Part shown: one piece after another, positions 12,395-25,410 of the stretch | Position numbering within the stretch: the first letter of the stretch is position 1 | Layout: every line of letters begins with the position of its first letter | NCBI RefSeq assembly: GCF_036321535.1 | Contig: NC_087454.1 | Span: 28,396,001 to 28,460,000 of the forward strand | Length of the DNA stretch: 64,000 nt | Source of the DNA: Camelus dromedarius | Lineage: Eukaryota | Reading direction: 5' to 3' | The notes under the pieces: generated by a model | Told to the model about the DNA's origin: nothing | The model's database searches: none | Seen by the model: the letters and a program-made list of their open reading frames with translations, nothing else | Translations under genes and position numbers: made by a program

Positions 12395-12770
12395 AGGGAT
12401 AAATTAGGGGTTAGGGGATTAACAGACACACATTACTACGTATAAAACAGATAAACAACAAGGACCTACTGTATAGCACAGGGAACTATACTCAATTTCT
12501 TGTAACAGCCTATAATAGAAAAGAATCTGAAAAGAAAAAATATATATGTATGTACATGTATAATTGAATCACTTTTGGAGGGAGAGTATAGCTCAGTGGT
12601 ACAGTGTGTGCTTAGCATGCACGAAGTCCTGGGTTCAATCCCCAGTACCTCCACTTAAAAATAATAAACTTAAAAATAATAAATAAAAATAACTGAATCA
12701 TGTTGCTGTACACCTGAAACTAACATTGTAAATCAACTACACTTTAATTTAAAAAATTAAAAACAGGAAA
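12395..12770 (+). mobile_element. L1 3'UTR end (cetartiodactyl type), split by a SINE
   Basis: aacaacaaggacctactgtatagcacagggaactatactcaa ... gctgtacacctgaaactaacattgtaaatcaactacact followed by an A-rich tail. Confidence 0.75.
12577..12690 (+). mobile_element. Vic-1-type SINE (short A-tail form)
   Basis: gggagagtatagctcagtggtacagtgtgtgcttagcatgcacgaagtcctgggttcaatccccagtacctcc with Pol III A and B boxes; degenerate TSD taa(t/c)tgaatca. Confidence 0.9.
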
Positions 12771-13439
12771 TGCCCTTCCCTATCCTTCATTTATTGGAGC
12801 CCAATTCATCTTTCAAAGGCTTCTCGGTGGGCCCACCCCTCCCATCGTTGCCATCAGCATTAACTGGTCCTCCTTCTGTGCTCCTGCTGTCCCTCGCTCA
12901 TCTCACCGTGCACCCATTGTCTCTGAGACTAGACCGTGAGTCCTACTCAGCTAATATTCCTATGTGCCTAGACTGGCAGCTGCAGAGACCTAGTGGTGTT
13001 CAGAAATGTTAACTAAATGCTTGGATGACTGAATCTCTTGTTATAAACTCAAGGAGAAAAGACTGAATTCAACTCAATGCAAGCACAGACCGAGAGCCTG
13101 CCATGTGCAGTGCCCAGTGCCCAGTGCCCAGAGCCTGGTGCACAGATCCCTGCTCTCCAGGGGTTCACAGCCTACCTGGGGGAAAAGTCACAGAACTAAA
13201 TGATGATGATAATTATGATACACATGTATCATAGAATTTATCATACAAATAATGCCGTGCAGTGCCTGGTGTGGGAACAGTGTTCTGTGCCCAGTGATAT
13301 AGCAGCCTACACTTTAGAGTGGTTTTGAAATGTATTTGATCTCAGAGCACATACATGGGAGCTGCTCTTATGGTCAACTTGTCGGCCTGCAGGGCTGGCC
13401 CAAGCCCGATTCTGGAGCCAGATCCTAATGCCACCCCTG

Positions 13440-13600
13440 GCTCTTATGAGCTGCGGGACTCTGGAGCAAATTGTTTCCATTTATCTGTGCTTCAGATCTC
13501 TACCTGTAAAACAAGAGCCATGATGGTGCCTGCCTCACAGGACTGCCCAGCAGATCAAATGGGATAACGAATGATGCCCAATGAAGGCAATTATTAATAT
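13440..13600 (+). mobile_element. MIR SINE
   Basis: ctgtgcttcagatctctacctgtaaaacaagagccatgatggtgcctgcctcacaggact core. Confidence 0.6.
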
Positions 13601-13609
13601 TCTTATCCA

Positions 13610-14030
13610 GTGGTGGTTATGCTGGCCATCTCCTGTTGGCCCCTTCAGGTCCTCTCTCTACCCTTGTCCTCCTGGCCTCCTGGCCACTGACATCTGCAGA
13701 CACTTGCAGTCGGCTCCCTGAACCTCTGGCTTTGGCCAATGGTGGGCCCAGCAGGAGAAAGGAGAAGACAGTCAGGATATTTACTCTGCATTTTCTCTCC
13801 CTCCAGGATCTCCACTGGCTGCAGGGTCCCTCCACACGGCTCTCTGGCTCTGGGGCCCCACACTGCTCCCTCCCCTCACTCTGCAGGCCCGTCACTAGTC
13901 CTGGACACTGCGCTGTCCCTTGGGATTTCCCTTCACACTGCTGTGCCTCTGTAAATAATCCTTTTATTAAATTCCCCTCAAATTACCCAATATAAGTGTT
14001 CCATCTATTTCCTGCCCATACTCATCAATA
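13610..14030 (+). mobile_element. MLT1-type (ERVL-MaLR) LTR
   Basis: Ends ...aataatccttttattaaattcc...ttccatctatttcctgcc...atcaataca and is followed directly by an aattggttccagg internal start. Confidence 0.65.
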
Positions 14031-16450
14031 CAGGAATTGGTTCCAGGAGCAGCCTCAAACAGGATACTGGGAGTGGATGGATCACCAATTCAAGGAGGAC
14101 AAGGAAAGCCTCTGTGCAGTGGGGGAGAAGCGCCCAGGAAATCCACTGCATGCAGAGTCTCACCACCTCTCAAGCTACTGCCGGGATAGCGCAGAAGGCA
14201 GGATAGGGCCCTGCATTGCTGGGGAGTGGAGGAGCGAGATGAAATGGCTTCGGCTCTTCTACACTCTGGTGTGGAGTCCTGTGGCTTCTGATGGCCTCAG
14301 GGAACACGTGCAGGGGAAAGGAGAACTAAGAGTCATCAGTATCTGAGGAGGAATGTGAGTGAGCCATGAGGACTTCTTGATGGGACTTGAAGGGATCCCT
14401 CATCTCCCACAGACAGAGGGGCTCACATGGCTGGATTAAATGCCTCTAGGTCTCTTACGCTAAGGTGAGGGCATTGATGGGGAAGGGGTGGAGCCCAGAG
14501 ATGGGATAAGGATATCTGGGCAGACACAGACAAGCCTGGGAACTCTGAACCCGCAAATTCTTTTGAAGGGTCTCGTCTGTGCAGACAGCCTCCTCCTGCA
14601 GTGATCCTGTCTCCTAGGACATCAGCCTCAGAACCCTTCCCACACCACCCCTCCTTGGCCCCAGGCCCTTTGTGAGTTAGATCCCAGCCCAGCCTGGGTG
14701 GAGAAGCTCTGAGCCCACGCTAAGAGGAGAATGCCCAGACAGAGTCACAGGCCCTGCCAAACTGACTTGGCAAGAGCCACGGGAGCATGTATGGAGAAGA
14801 TTCTAGGGGAAACAGACCCAGGAGGGTGGAAAGTTAGACCTGGTTTGGCCAAACCCATGGCCCAGGATGCTCATTCAGGATTTTGGACTTAATGTGTTGG
14901 CTCGAGTACCTGGAAGAAGCGTGAGTAGTCTGTTAGGTTGTTTAATTAAAGTCTGGACTTAATGTAGCCTAGAGTTAATAAACTTAAAACGCCAGAATTT
15001 CCTTGGTATACTATAGAGGAAGGAATCCAAAGTCTCAGAGAGATAGGAATGCTGGATTGGATTTATTACGTGCAGTCTGCTTCGCCATCCCTAGCCACAT
15101 ATGTTAAGGGGGCCTGGAAAACACTCCCTTTACCAAAGCAGTAAGAAATGCATCGATGAGGACCACCAGCAACCTTGGCTTGCTCTACTGGTGGGCCTCC
15201 ATAGGCTAGAGATGCTAGTGGGGGATGCTAGAGACTGGAACTGAATACCCTGACCTGGATGAGAATAATGGTATCCTGGTGGGGCAAAGAGCAGGTGGTG
15301 ATGCTTAACAGCCAAAGGCAAAGGAACCACAATGACCCATAATAAAGCATGGGGAATAATGGTCATCAGGTAGACAAAATGATAGTCCTGTGGGCCACAG
15401 TCACCCCTTTTCCCCAGGTGCTCCAGGACTTGCTCAGCAGACCCATGGTGGCAGGGTGGAAGCTATATTTTGGCTCAGTAACATGGTCTTCCTCTCTCTG
15501 AGGCTAATCTGGCTGAATGTCCATCCTATTTACAGCCCAGAGCTGAGTCCCTGAGTGGACACCATTCTCACCTGATCATAGATTGATTTGTTTGGGCCCC
15601 TCTAGCATGGAAGGGCTGTGCTTTATCCTCATAGACACATATTCCAGGTATGAATTCACCTCTGCTTCTGTCAACACCACCATTTATGGACTCACAGAAT
15701 ACTGTATGCATCACCATGGCATTCCACATAACATTGCCTCCAACATTGGCACACATTTTATAGCCAAGGAATGAGCTCACACCCAAGGCATTCACTGGTC
15801 TTACCATTTGCCCCATGACCCAGGAGCAGTTGGCTTGATAGAATGGAGGATTGGCCAGCTGCAGGCTCAGAGCAGAGTTAAGAAACTACACCCTGCAAGG
15901 TGGACGTGCTGTCCTACAGGATACAGTGTCTTCTTTAAGCCAAAACTAGAATCGTATATAACTGAGAGGCGGGGGTAGCAGCAGCCTTCTCACTATTATA
16001 GCTAAAGTCTATAACCTACTGGAAGAACTTTTGCTACTCACCCCCATAACCTTGCCCTCAGGAAGTTTGGCGATCCTAGCATCCAAGGGAGAAATGTTTG
16101 CACCAGGCAAGGGTCATAGAGTTGGAAGCTGAGATGGCCCCAGGCCATTTTGGTTTCTCACGCTGTTGAACCCACAGGCAGAGAAAGGGGGGCGGTTACT
16201 GTAAGGTCTGGGTTGACTAATCCCAATTACCAGAGAACATTAGGTTGCTACCACAGAATAGAGGTAGGCACTAGGTCTGGGACCCAGGGGATTCACACAG
16301 TGCCTCTTAATAATCCTCTGCTCAGTTGTCCTGGTTAACAGAAAACCTCAGCAACCCACAATGTCAAGACTACCGAGGACTCAGACACCACAGGAATAAA
16401 GGCCTGAGTCACCACCAGGCAGAGAACCCAGTCCAGCCAAGGTGCTGTCA
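14031..16450 (+). mobile_element. MLT/ERVL internal region with gag, integrase and dUTPase remnants
   Basis: 15583-15774 reads IDTYSRYEF...TTIYGLTEY...HHGIPHNIASNIGTHFIAKE (ERVL integrase core); ~16080-16270 is dUTPase-like; ~15035 LREIGMLDWIYYV is gag-like. All frames broken. Confidence 0.75.
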
Positions 16451-16974
16451 AAGAAGAAGAACCTGTCACTGGAGGTGTAGCAGCTAGCCGTGATTATGAA
16501 CTTGGGCCTCATAACCACTCTTCCCCTGCTAACTTATGTGAACACCGATGGTAGGAAACATTTTAGATTCCAGTGGACATATGACCCCTTCGGTATCACT
16601 GGAAGAGACTTCTACTTGCAAGTTCAGCAGACACACAGGCTGACGCCCCGTCTGCCCCTCTGGTTACAATCTAATCAGATAGGTCAGATTTATGCTCAGT
16701 AATCATTTGGTAATATCAGCAGTCTTCTCTAATAAGTACTGCTACGTTTCCTTAATTTTCTTTCTCATATTCTATGTGGCTCATCTCAGTTTAACAACAG
16801 CCCTGGGTTTTCTACCTGGGTAGGTGAAAAAAGAAGGGAGAGAGAATCTGCTGTGTACCAGGCACTCAGGTGGGTACTCATATTTCACTGAATTCTCCCA
16901 AAAACCTTGTGAAAAGAGCTTTGGAGAGAGACAGACCTGTAAACACATCTCTGCAATGAATGCCCAGCTCCACC

Positions 16975-17100
16975 ACTTGCCTGCTAGAGAATCTTCAGTG
17001 ACTTCGTTTTTCTGAGCCTCAGTTTACTTGACGGCAAAACCGAGATGATAATACCCGATGCGTGGTTTTGAGGATTAAATGAGATGTCTGTGAACATCAC
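16975..17100 (+). mobile_element. MIR SINE
   Basis: ttctgagcctcagtttac...aaaccgagatgataatacc...gttttgaggattaaatgagat. Confidence 0.7.
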
Positions 17101-17499
17101 CTGGCTCTAGGTAGCGGGTCTGCAAATGGCAGGTTCAGTCCCAAGTGAGACGCTCAGAGCAGAAATTCAGCTCTGGGATCTAAGGCCACATGTCAGAGCA
17201 TCCTCACTGCCCTGGGGAAGGGCATTTTTAGTACCAGTAAGACTGTGGAGTCAGGCGGAGATTCCCGGGGCTCCTGGAAGGAGAGAACCGATGAAAGACA
17301 GAGCAAAGAAAACTTCCAGGCCAACCCGTGTCCAGGGAGCTGGCAGTGGGCCAGTGGGGTAGCTGTCGCGAGATGGCCCAGACGAGCAGTGAGCAGCGGG
17401 GTGAGGGAGGTGGCTGGCGGTGGGGGAGGTTTCAGCCTTCCCGTCCCTGGGAAGATCTTGAAACTCAAAGAGCGAAGGAAGCCAGAGGGCTCGTCCCCA

Positions 17500-17720
17500 T
17501 CTGTATTGTGGTAACTGAGCCCAAGAGGCTGGAAGGCGGGAGAGTCGTTAGGAACACCTGTCTCCCTCCCTCCCCCTCCCGGCGGGAACCCACCGAGACT
17601 GCGCGCACCTGGGCGCGGGCTGCGCCTGGGAACACGTGGCGCCCGAGGCCTCCAGGCTGCCCCACGGGAAAAGGGGCGGGAGCGCAGCGCGGACTGCAGG
17701 GGGGCACTCGGGGCGCGGAA
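17500..17720. promoter_or_regulatory. Upstream PTCRA (pre-T-alpha) enhancer core, CpG-rich
   Basis: About 3.2 kb upstream of the ATG. TAACTG (Myb) 17512-17517, CACCTG E-boxes 17555-17560 and 17606-17611, C-rich Sp1/ZBP-89 tract 17564-17580, CCTGGGAA (CSL/RBPJ) 17625-17632 abutting CACGTG 17633-17638. This matches the known pTa enhancer motif set. Confidence 0.75.
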
Positions 17721-18544
17721 GTGTGCAATCGACATGATTATTAAAATACCATCGGACGGGAATGGAGTGAGGCTGACACCAGAATAAAGAATAATGTAAA
17801 GCAGGAAATCCGGAGAGCCAGGAACAAGTAAACCCAGCAATATAAAAGACATTAACATATGATAAAGATGTTAACAAGTAATAACGTCTCGCAAATAGTA
17901 GGGAAAGGAAGGATTATTCAATGAATAGCCCTGGGGTAACTGATTAGCTCTTTGGGAAAAATAATGAAATTTAGATGCACATCTTCTATAATATACCAAA
18001 ATTAATTCAATTCCTCACGGAATTAAATTGGGGAGGGGGTAAAACTACACACGCACAAAAAGACAATGCAAGTGGAAATGTATGGATCCTTTAGAGGGGC
18101 GAGGACTTTCTAGGCTTAAAAGGGATGAGATAAATCCCAACAGGGAAGATGGATACGTTGGTTCATACAAAACAAAAAACTGCAGGTTAAAAAAAAAAAA
18201 AGTGAAATTAAAAGTAGTCAATGAATCTGGAAATGGCTCCAGCCAAGTACATTATACAGAGGGTTGGTACCTTTAATATGTGAAAGCTTTTCAAAATCAG
18301 TAAGACACTAGGACTATGAGAGGACAATGAACAGACAATACAGCAAAGGAAGCAACTAAAATGGGAAAAGAATGTTTTGATAAGAGAACTGAGATTCCAT
18401 TTTTTGCTAATTAAATTAGGGTTTTAAAATTTTTATCTTATTTTTTAAAGAAATGCCACATGGGCCTTTCATATGTTGTGGTGGTTTTATACTAACACAA
18501 ATTAGTATAACAGATGTGTGTCAGGAGCCTTAAAATACAGAGGT

Positions 18545-19200
18545 CTTAGATGCTCAACATCACTAATTATTAGGGAAATGCAAATTGAAACCACTACTAC
18601 GAGACAACACTTCACACCCATTAGGATGATCACTATCAAAATTTAAATTTAAATTAAATTACCATATGATACAGCAATTCCACTTCTGGATATATACACA
18701 AAAGAAGTGAAAGTAGGATCTTGAAGAGCGATTTGCACACCTATGTTCATGATAGTTAAAATGGAGCAACCACTGAGGGATGTCCAGTGAGAGATGAATT
18801 GATTGGAAGCAAAATGTAGTATATACATACAGTGGAATCTTAATCAGCCTTTGAAAAGGAAGAAAGTTCTGACACATGCTACAACATGGACTATGAAGCT
18901 TGAGACTGTTATGTTAAATGAAATAAGCCATGCACAAAAAGTCAAAGACTGCATGATTTCACTTTAATGATGTAGTCAAAGTTATAGAAACAGAAAGTAG
19001 AATGGTGGCAGCCAAGGGCTGGAGGAGCAGGGATGGAGTGTTTAATTTTGTAAGATGAAAAGAATTCTATAGATGGACGGTGGTTGTGGTTGCACAACAG
19101 TGTGAATATACTTAATACTGCCAAACTGTACACTTCAAGATGGCTAACATGGTAAATTTTATGTTATGTGTATTTTATTACAATTTAAAACATTTTTAAG
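18545..19200 (+). mobile_element. L1MB-type LINE-1 3' fragment
   Basis: atgctcaacatcactaattattagggaaatgcaaattgaaacc ... atggtaaattttatgttatgtgtattttattacaattt. Confidence 0.8.
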
Positions 19201-20056
19201 TTAAACAAACAAACAAACAAAAACCCACAAGAAAACACAGAGGACTTTAAGCCAATTTTAAGGAAATAAGTATGAATTTGGAAAATGCTTTATAAACGAC
19301 AGTATCTACTGCCTCAAACTGGAAAACCCAGAAGTCTAAAAGTAAAGGAATGGCTAAATAAACCATAGTATACTGTAGTTTTATGTTTTAATAATATTCA
19401 TTTTCCTGATTTTTAAAATAATACAGATTCATCATAGAAAATTTAAGAAATAAACAATTATTAAGACAAAAATAAAAACTACCCAAAATCCTAACATGCA
19501 GAGATAACCATTGTTAACCTTTGGTCTGCTTCCTTCTAGGAATAATTATGTATTTCTTATGTAAAATTGGATACATATTTTCCATGTAAATTTATATCCT
19601 GTTTATTTAAACTTTCTGTATGTAATTATGTATACACATATATCAAGAAAGAGAGAACATTTATTGACTTCTTACTATGTATAAATAATAATGCTAGACC
19701 CTCTTCATGGATGATCTTGTTTAAATATCATTCCCATTGTACAGATGTATTTATTATTTGTTATTACCTTTCCCATCATACAGATGAGGAAATCGAGGAT
19801 TAGAGAAGTAATTTGGTGGAAGTTGGACAACTCCTGAACAATGTAGTCAGGATTGAAAGCTAGGCATTCTAGCTTCACAGCCCATAACTGAACCAAACTC
19901 CATTCTATATCCCATGTCATTAAACATTCTTTTGAAAACATGATTTTAAAAGCTGATGCATAATATTCACTAATATAAAAAATTCAAACATTAATTCATT
20001 TAACCCTTCTCCTAGCATTAAACAATTAGGTTGTTTTCAATTTCTCTTGGTTTTTT

Positions 20057-20180
20057 GTTTGTTTGTTTGTGGGGTAATCAGGTTTATTTATTTATTTAAA
20101 CAGAGGCACTGGGGATTGAGCCCCGGACCTCGTGCCTGCTAAGTAGGCACTCTACCACTAAAGCTATACCCTCCCCTCCC
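20057..20180 (-). mobile_element. Vic-1-type SINE (long-tail form)
   Basis: tRNA-like head on the minus strand; TSD cttggtttttt at 20046-20056 and 20181-20191. Confidence 0.9.
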
Positions 20181-20699
20181 CTTGGTTTTTTAATATAATA
20201 CTTCAAAGAACATTTTTGTGCATAAATCTTTGTCTTATAATGACTGAATCTCTTATTATTGCATTAGGGTATATACCTAGATATGAAGTTTCTGGGTCAA
20301 AATGACAGCTCCAGTTAAAATTTAGTGGAGTCACTGAAAATGGCATTTATGTTTTAAATGGCCATTTTAAACAGTAGTTTATTTTTTAAAAGGTGTTTGA
20401 TGTGATGGGGCAGGGAGTATATGAGAAATCTCTGAACATTCTGGTCACTTTTGCTATAAACTTGAAACAGCTCTAAAAATTAAATTCTATTTAAAAGGGC
20501 TGTAACTACATGAAAATGCAATTATTAGCTTTTTGGCTATAATAAAGCCAGCCATCAGAAAACAGTTCAAGCTCTGGCTCTGTCACCTGCCAGCTATGTG
20601 GCCTTGGGCAGGTCACTCAATCTCTCTGAGCCTTCTGGTGTAGGAAGGCACTGTGAGAGACTGGGGGTGGGAGGGGCCCCTCCCCTGGGGAAACGGCTC

Positions 20700-20819
20700 C
20701 GTGGTGGAGCAGCTGAGATGCAGCTGGGCCTGTGGCCTGTGAGGCAGTCTTGTGGCTGCCTCCTCCCCCAGCCCGCACCTCAGGTCTGCAGCTGGGTCCT
20801 GCCTCCTCTCAGGTGGGCC
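20700..20819 (+). promoter_or_regulatory. PTCRA proximal promoter with tandem E-boxes
   Basis: CAGCTG at 20710-20715, 20721-20726 and 20789-20794; CAGGTG at 20810-20815. E2A/HEB control of the pTa promoter is established. Confidence 0.65.
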
Positions 20820-23800
20820 ATGGCCGGGACCTGGCTTCTGCTTCTCCTGGCCCTCGAGTGTCCAGCCCTGCCCACAGGTGAGCACCCTCCCTGCATCCCT
20901 CTCTGCACCCCATCCGTCTGCCCAGCCCACTCCAACACGCTAGGCTTCCCTGGGTGTGGGTGGGATGCAGGGAGGCAGGACAGGGGTATTTGAGGGCCCT
21001 CTGGGGAGGCTCTCCCCAGAAGCCCATCATCCCCTTCCCCATTGTACTCTACCTGCCAGCTACCGCACTCCGGGCTCCCAAGTCCTGCTCCCTTGGAGTC
21101 CACAGAGTTGGTAGGGAGGGCAGTCAGTCTCGGAGATATAGAGAAACCAGAGTAAGCTGGACAGGTGTCCGTAATGGGCGGGAGGATAGCCAGATCGTGT
21201 TGTGCTACGTAGGGTGGTGGGACACAGGCACCATTGTGAGGTCCCCCCTTCCTGTCCAGTCTCCTGCCCTCAGGGCTCAGGGTGTCTTGTGTTTACTCCC
21301 AGCTCCCCTTACCAGTGGATTCTCAGAAGTCTCAAGGCCCCAGTGACTTCCCGGGTGAATTTACCCACCTTCCCCAACCCTGGTCGTTCAAAGATGAAGG
21401 CTGGAGACAAAAGACTCGAATTCTGAGAATTCCAGCTTCATCTACAAGCATGTTGGTGGTGGGGGAAGGTCCTTGACCTTTGAATTATGGCCTCTCCGTG
21501 TTCTAAAGCTGACCCCCAGTATGTCACAAACTTTTCCTTGCTAGGGAGATAAACCACACCCATGTGGAGCAAGGAGAGTCTGTGGCAGGAGGCCTGAGCT
21601 CTGGGAGGGAAGCAGCCAGAGTGAGGAGGAGCAATCCTGGGAGGCTTCATGGAGGAGGCAGACACTCAACTCAACTTGGGGAATGTCTCTCTGTACGGCT
21701 GAAAGGTCTCAGGAGGTCGAGCATCCTGGAGCTCATTCCCAGCCTTCCCTCCTCCCTTTGTTTGTGATGTCTTATTAACATGTGTATTGATGATAATACT
21801 AACACTTTCCTTCCAAGTTGTTTTATATTCATGATCTTTATCCTTCACAGCAATTTTACTGTGCTGGTGTTATTAACCCCATTACATTTATAGGACAATT
21901 TAGACTCAGGAAATCAAATGGATGAGTCAGGAGTCAAACCAACTCTGTCTGAGGCCATGTCCCAGGCTTGGTCCACTGTGTCATATAGCAAAATCTTAGT
22001 CATTCTTCCAGATGGGGTGGTCTGTGGGATCTGGAGTCATAGAGATCTCAGTTCAAATCCTGAGTGGGCTACTTACCATCCACCTGCTTCTAGGTCAGTT
22101 ATTTGACCTTCAAGAAATCTTTTGTGAGCATCCCCGATCTCTAAGTCCCCATAAGGCCCTCTGGCATCCTTCTCTGCACCCTGGGGCATTTCTTTAGCCT
22201 GCCTGCACTTAACTCATTGTGCAAATTTGTTGGTAGGTTTTAACCTTTGAGATTCTATTTATATGAAAAGATATCCAACTGTTCAAAAATAACGTTTATA
22301 TATTAAATGAGTCATCTTTCCCAAAAAGAATAAGTGTGGAAAATCAGGACTATTCTGGAAAAGGTAGGACAAATGTTTATAGTCCTCACATGACTTACTT
22401 TTATTTTTTAATTTTAAAATAATACAGACATACACTTTAAATGGATGAACTGTATGGTACATGAATTATATCTAAACAAAGTTATTAAAAAATAATACAG
22501 ACTTACAGAAAAGAACCAAGAATAACACAAAAAACACTCATGCACATTCCATTCAGATTAACAAATGGTTAAAATTTTGCCATATTTGAATCAGATTTTT
22601 TTTAAAGAAACAAAAATCACAGATACATTTGAGGCCCCTTTTGATCTCATTACAGATCCTATTTTCTTCCCTTCCTCCCCAGAGGTAACCACTCTCCTGA
22701 GGCTGGCACAACAAGGTACTGTAAGTATTTGTTTGCATCTGCTGTCCCTCTCATGGGACTGAGATCACTGAGAGCGGGGACAATATTTTACTTAATGTTG
22801 TATCCCCAACGCCTGGCACAGAAAGGGTCAGATAAGACAGATGGGTGATGGATGGATGGAAGGACAGATGGATGGATGAATAGAAGGAAGTGTGGATAGA
22901 TGGATGGGTGGATGAAGATATAGATGGAAAGGAGAGAGAATAGATGTAGGGAAGATGGACGATGGAAGAAAGGATGGATGAATGAAAGGGTGGAGGGAAT
23001 GAAGATGGTTAGATGGATAAATGCAAGGAGAGAGGGATGGATGAGTGGGTGGAAGGATAGACTGCTACTGTGAGATGCTGGCTTGGAGGGCATGGACAGA
23101 TCCAGCCCCACCACAAGTGTGTGCTCTCCTGTAGGTGCGGGCAGCACACCCTTCCCCTCTCTGGCCCCACCAATCACACTTTTGGTGGATGGAAAGCAGC
23201 AGACGCTGGTGGTCTGCTTGGTCCTTGACGTTGCACCTCCTGGCCTCGAGAGTCCCATCTGGTTCTCAGCTGGCAACGGCAGCTCACTGGATGCGTTCAC
23301 CTATGGTCCTTCCCCAGCGGCGGATGGCACCTGGACTAGCTTGGCTCAGCTCTCCCTACCCTCTGAAGAGCTGGCAGCCTGGGAGACCCTGGTCTGCCAT
23401 ACCGGGCCTGAGGCTGGAGAACAGAGCCAGAGCACACAGCCCCTACAGCTGTCAGGTGGGGACAGAGCCTGCACCTCTGAGGCTGCTCCCTGCCCCTGGA
23501 ACCAGGGTATGGTGGGAGGGAGGACAGACTCCAGACCATGGGGCATGAAGGGCATCCAAGTGCCAACCATCTAGGCTCAGAGCAGGGTGATCTCAGGGCC
23601 CTGAATCCTGGGATTTGCAACTGTGGTATCTCATTCAAATCCAGGCTCTGATACATGACTTCTAAGAGGTAATAATGTCTCCTCCCTCCTAGGGTTAATC
23701 TCTCTATATATATACCTGGGGTTACTGTCTGTATATAAATTACCCTTAATATGACACCCTACTCACCGGAACCAGACAATAATTAAACAGTAAATTGCTA

Positions 23801-25410
23801 TCACTCACTGTTTACTCTGTGCCGGGCATGGCAAGTAAACACTTCACATTTATGAAGTGGGTCCTATTACTCCCATTGCACAGGCACAGAGAGGTAGTCC
23901 AAAGCCAGCCGTTATTATTACTGACCAGAAGGCTTACATCCTCTTTTTGGATTATGTTAGTTTTGTCATCTTCCAGATGGAAATGTTTGTTGAATAAATG
24001 CCCCCACCTTCTAAAGAAGGCTGCTAAGAAAATTGATTCATTGTCTAAAAGAGCTGAGGCATCTCAGCCTCCCAGGGGAACAGAACAGGGGACAGCCTGG
24101 AGGGAGGGAGATCTGGGCCCCTCAGAGGACTTGCTGTAGATGGACTCAGAGTGTCCATTGCTGGTTCCTTTGTCCATTTATCCAACATGCCATGAGCGGC
24201 TGCCCTGAGCAGGGCTGGGGCATAGCACTGGGGTGGAGGACACAGCCCATCCCATTGACTCACTCCCTTCTCTTTGCCTGGCAGGAGAGGCTTCCTCAAC
24301 CAGGACCTGCCTCTGGGAGCCTCTCCGAGGTGAGTACTGTGGGCCAGGATCTCAGGCTCTGTTGGGCTCTGGCTTGATGGTCCCCTTGGGGATTAATGGG
24401 TGTTCCCTGAAGAGGCTGCCTTGCTAGGCTAGGGCACTGGCTAGCCTGGGCCTCTGCCAACCCGCAGGTCAGATGGGGATTAAATCCCCTGATCCCGGCC
24501 TAATTTCTGGACACCAGTTGAGAAAAGCACGTGAGAGTTAGCAGAAGGGTCCTTGAAGCTCTCCGTGGGCAGCCCAGAGGGATGGTCTCAGCATCAGAGC
24601 CTTGGGAGATTCTTGGGAGTCCAGGGAGACTTGGGAGACTGCGTGGTGGCAAGTCCAACCATCTGCTGGACACAGAGTCATGAACCAGGTTCTGCTTCCC
24701 AACCAGAGAAATTTGAGCTGATGACTCTCCTCCTTATGGGATGCTAACTCCTGCCTGACCTTCAATCCCCTTGGTTGTTGAGGAATAAAAGAAAATGAAG
24801 GCTAGGAAGGTGTTTATTATTCCCAGACAGAGCTGAGGTTAGGCGCCAGGAAGGACGTTCCCTGATTACCTTTTGTCTGGTGAACATTCTCCCGCGGGGC
24901 GGGTGGAAGGCTGAACAGCGGCCTGCGGGGCCGCTCACCCGCGCCTTCTCTCCCGCAGGGACGCGGGGCCAGGCGCTGCGGCTGGGGGCGCTGCGGCTGC
25001 TGCTCTTCAAGATGCTGCTGCTGGACGTGCTCCTGACCTGCAGCCGCCTCCGCGCGCTGCCCGCCGCGCGGGGAAACCCTGCCGGGCCGTCCTGCCCGAG
25101 GGACCCCAGGCTCCCCGTGCCTCTCGCGGCCCCGCGGGCCGATCGCCTTCTCTTCCCGAAGCCTTCGCCGGTAGGATCGCCCGCAGCCCCCACCGACAGG
25201 CTTCGCCGCAGTGATGGGGGGACCACAGGGCTCAGCCTGTCCGCCCCGCCGGCGCTTCAGCCCCGCAACAGCTGCGGGGTTCACACCCGCCGTCCGGGTC
25301 GGGATCCCAGGAGCCTGGTCTGGGAAGATCGGGCCGCTCATGCTCAGGGCCGGGTGCTCCAGACCCGCCCTCAGTATTCCTGCCTCAAGCCTTGGAGCAT
25401 TTCTCTGTGA
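20820..25410 (+). CDS. PTCRA: Pre-T-cell antigen receptor alpha (291 aa as read)
   Basis: Exons 20820-20877, 23135-23455, 24285-24329, 24959-25410, all GT-AG and in phase. Signal peptide MAGTWLLLLLALECPALPT; Ig-C domain with LVVCLVLDVAPPGLESPIWFSAGNGS and LVCHTG; connecting-peptide Cys; TM ALRLLLFKMLLLDVLLTC. Confidence 0.96.
22839..23060. repeat. Degenerate (GGAT)n simple repeat in PTCRA intron 1
   Basis: Many gatg/ggat units. Confidence 0.85.

Noticed and set aside
12577-12655. tRNA-like sequences (also at 1540, 20105, 53955, 56876, 57408) as tRNA genes
   Set aside because: They have SINE tails and TSDs, with degenerate stems and no proper acceptor end; these are tRNA-derived SINEs.
17193-17858. 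221-aa minus-strand ORF and overlapping + ORFs over the CpG island
   Set aside because: Low-complexity Pro/Arg/Gly-rich translations expected from GC-rich DNA, with no recognisable domain. The region is better explained as the PTCRA enhancer.
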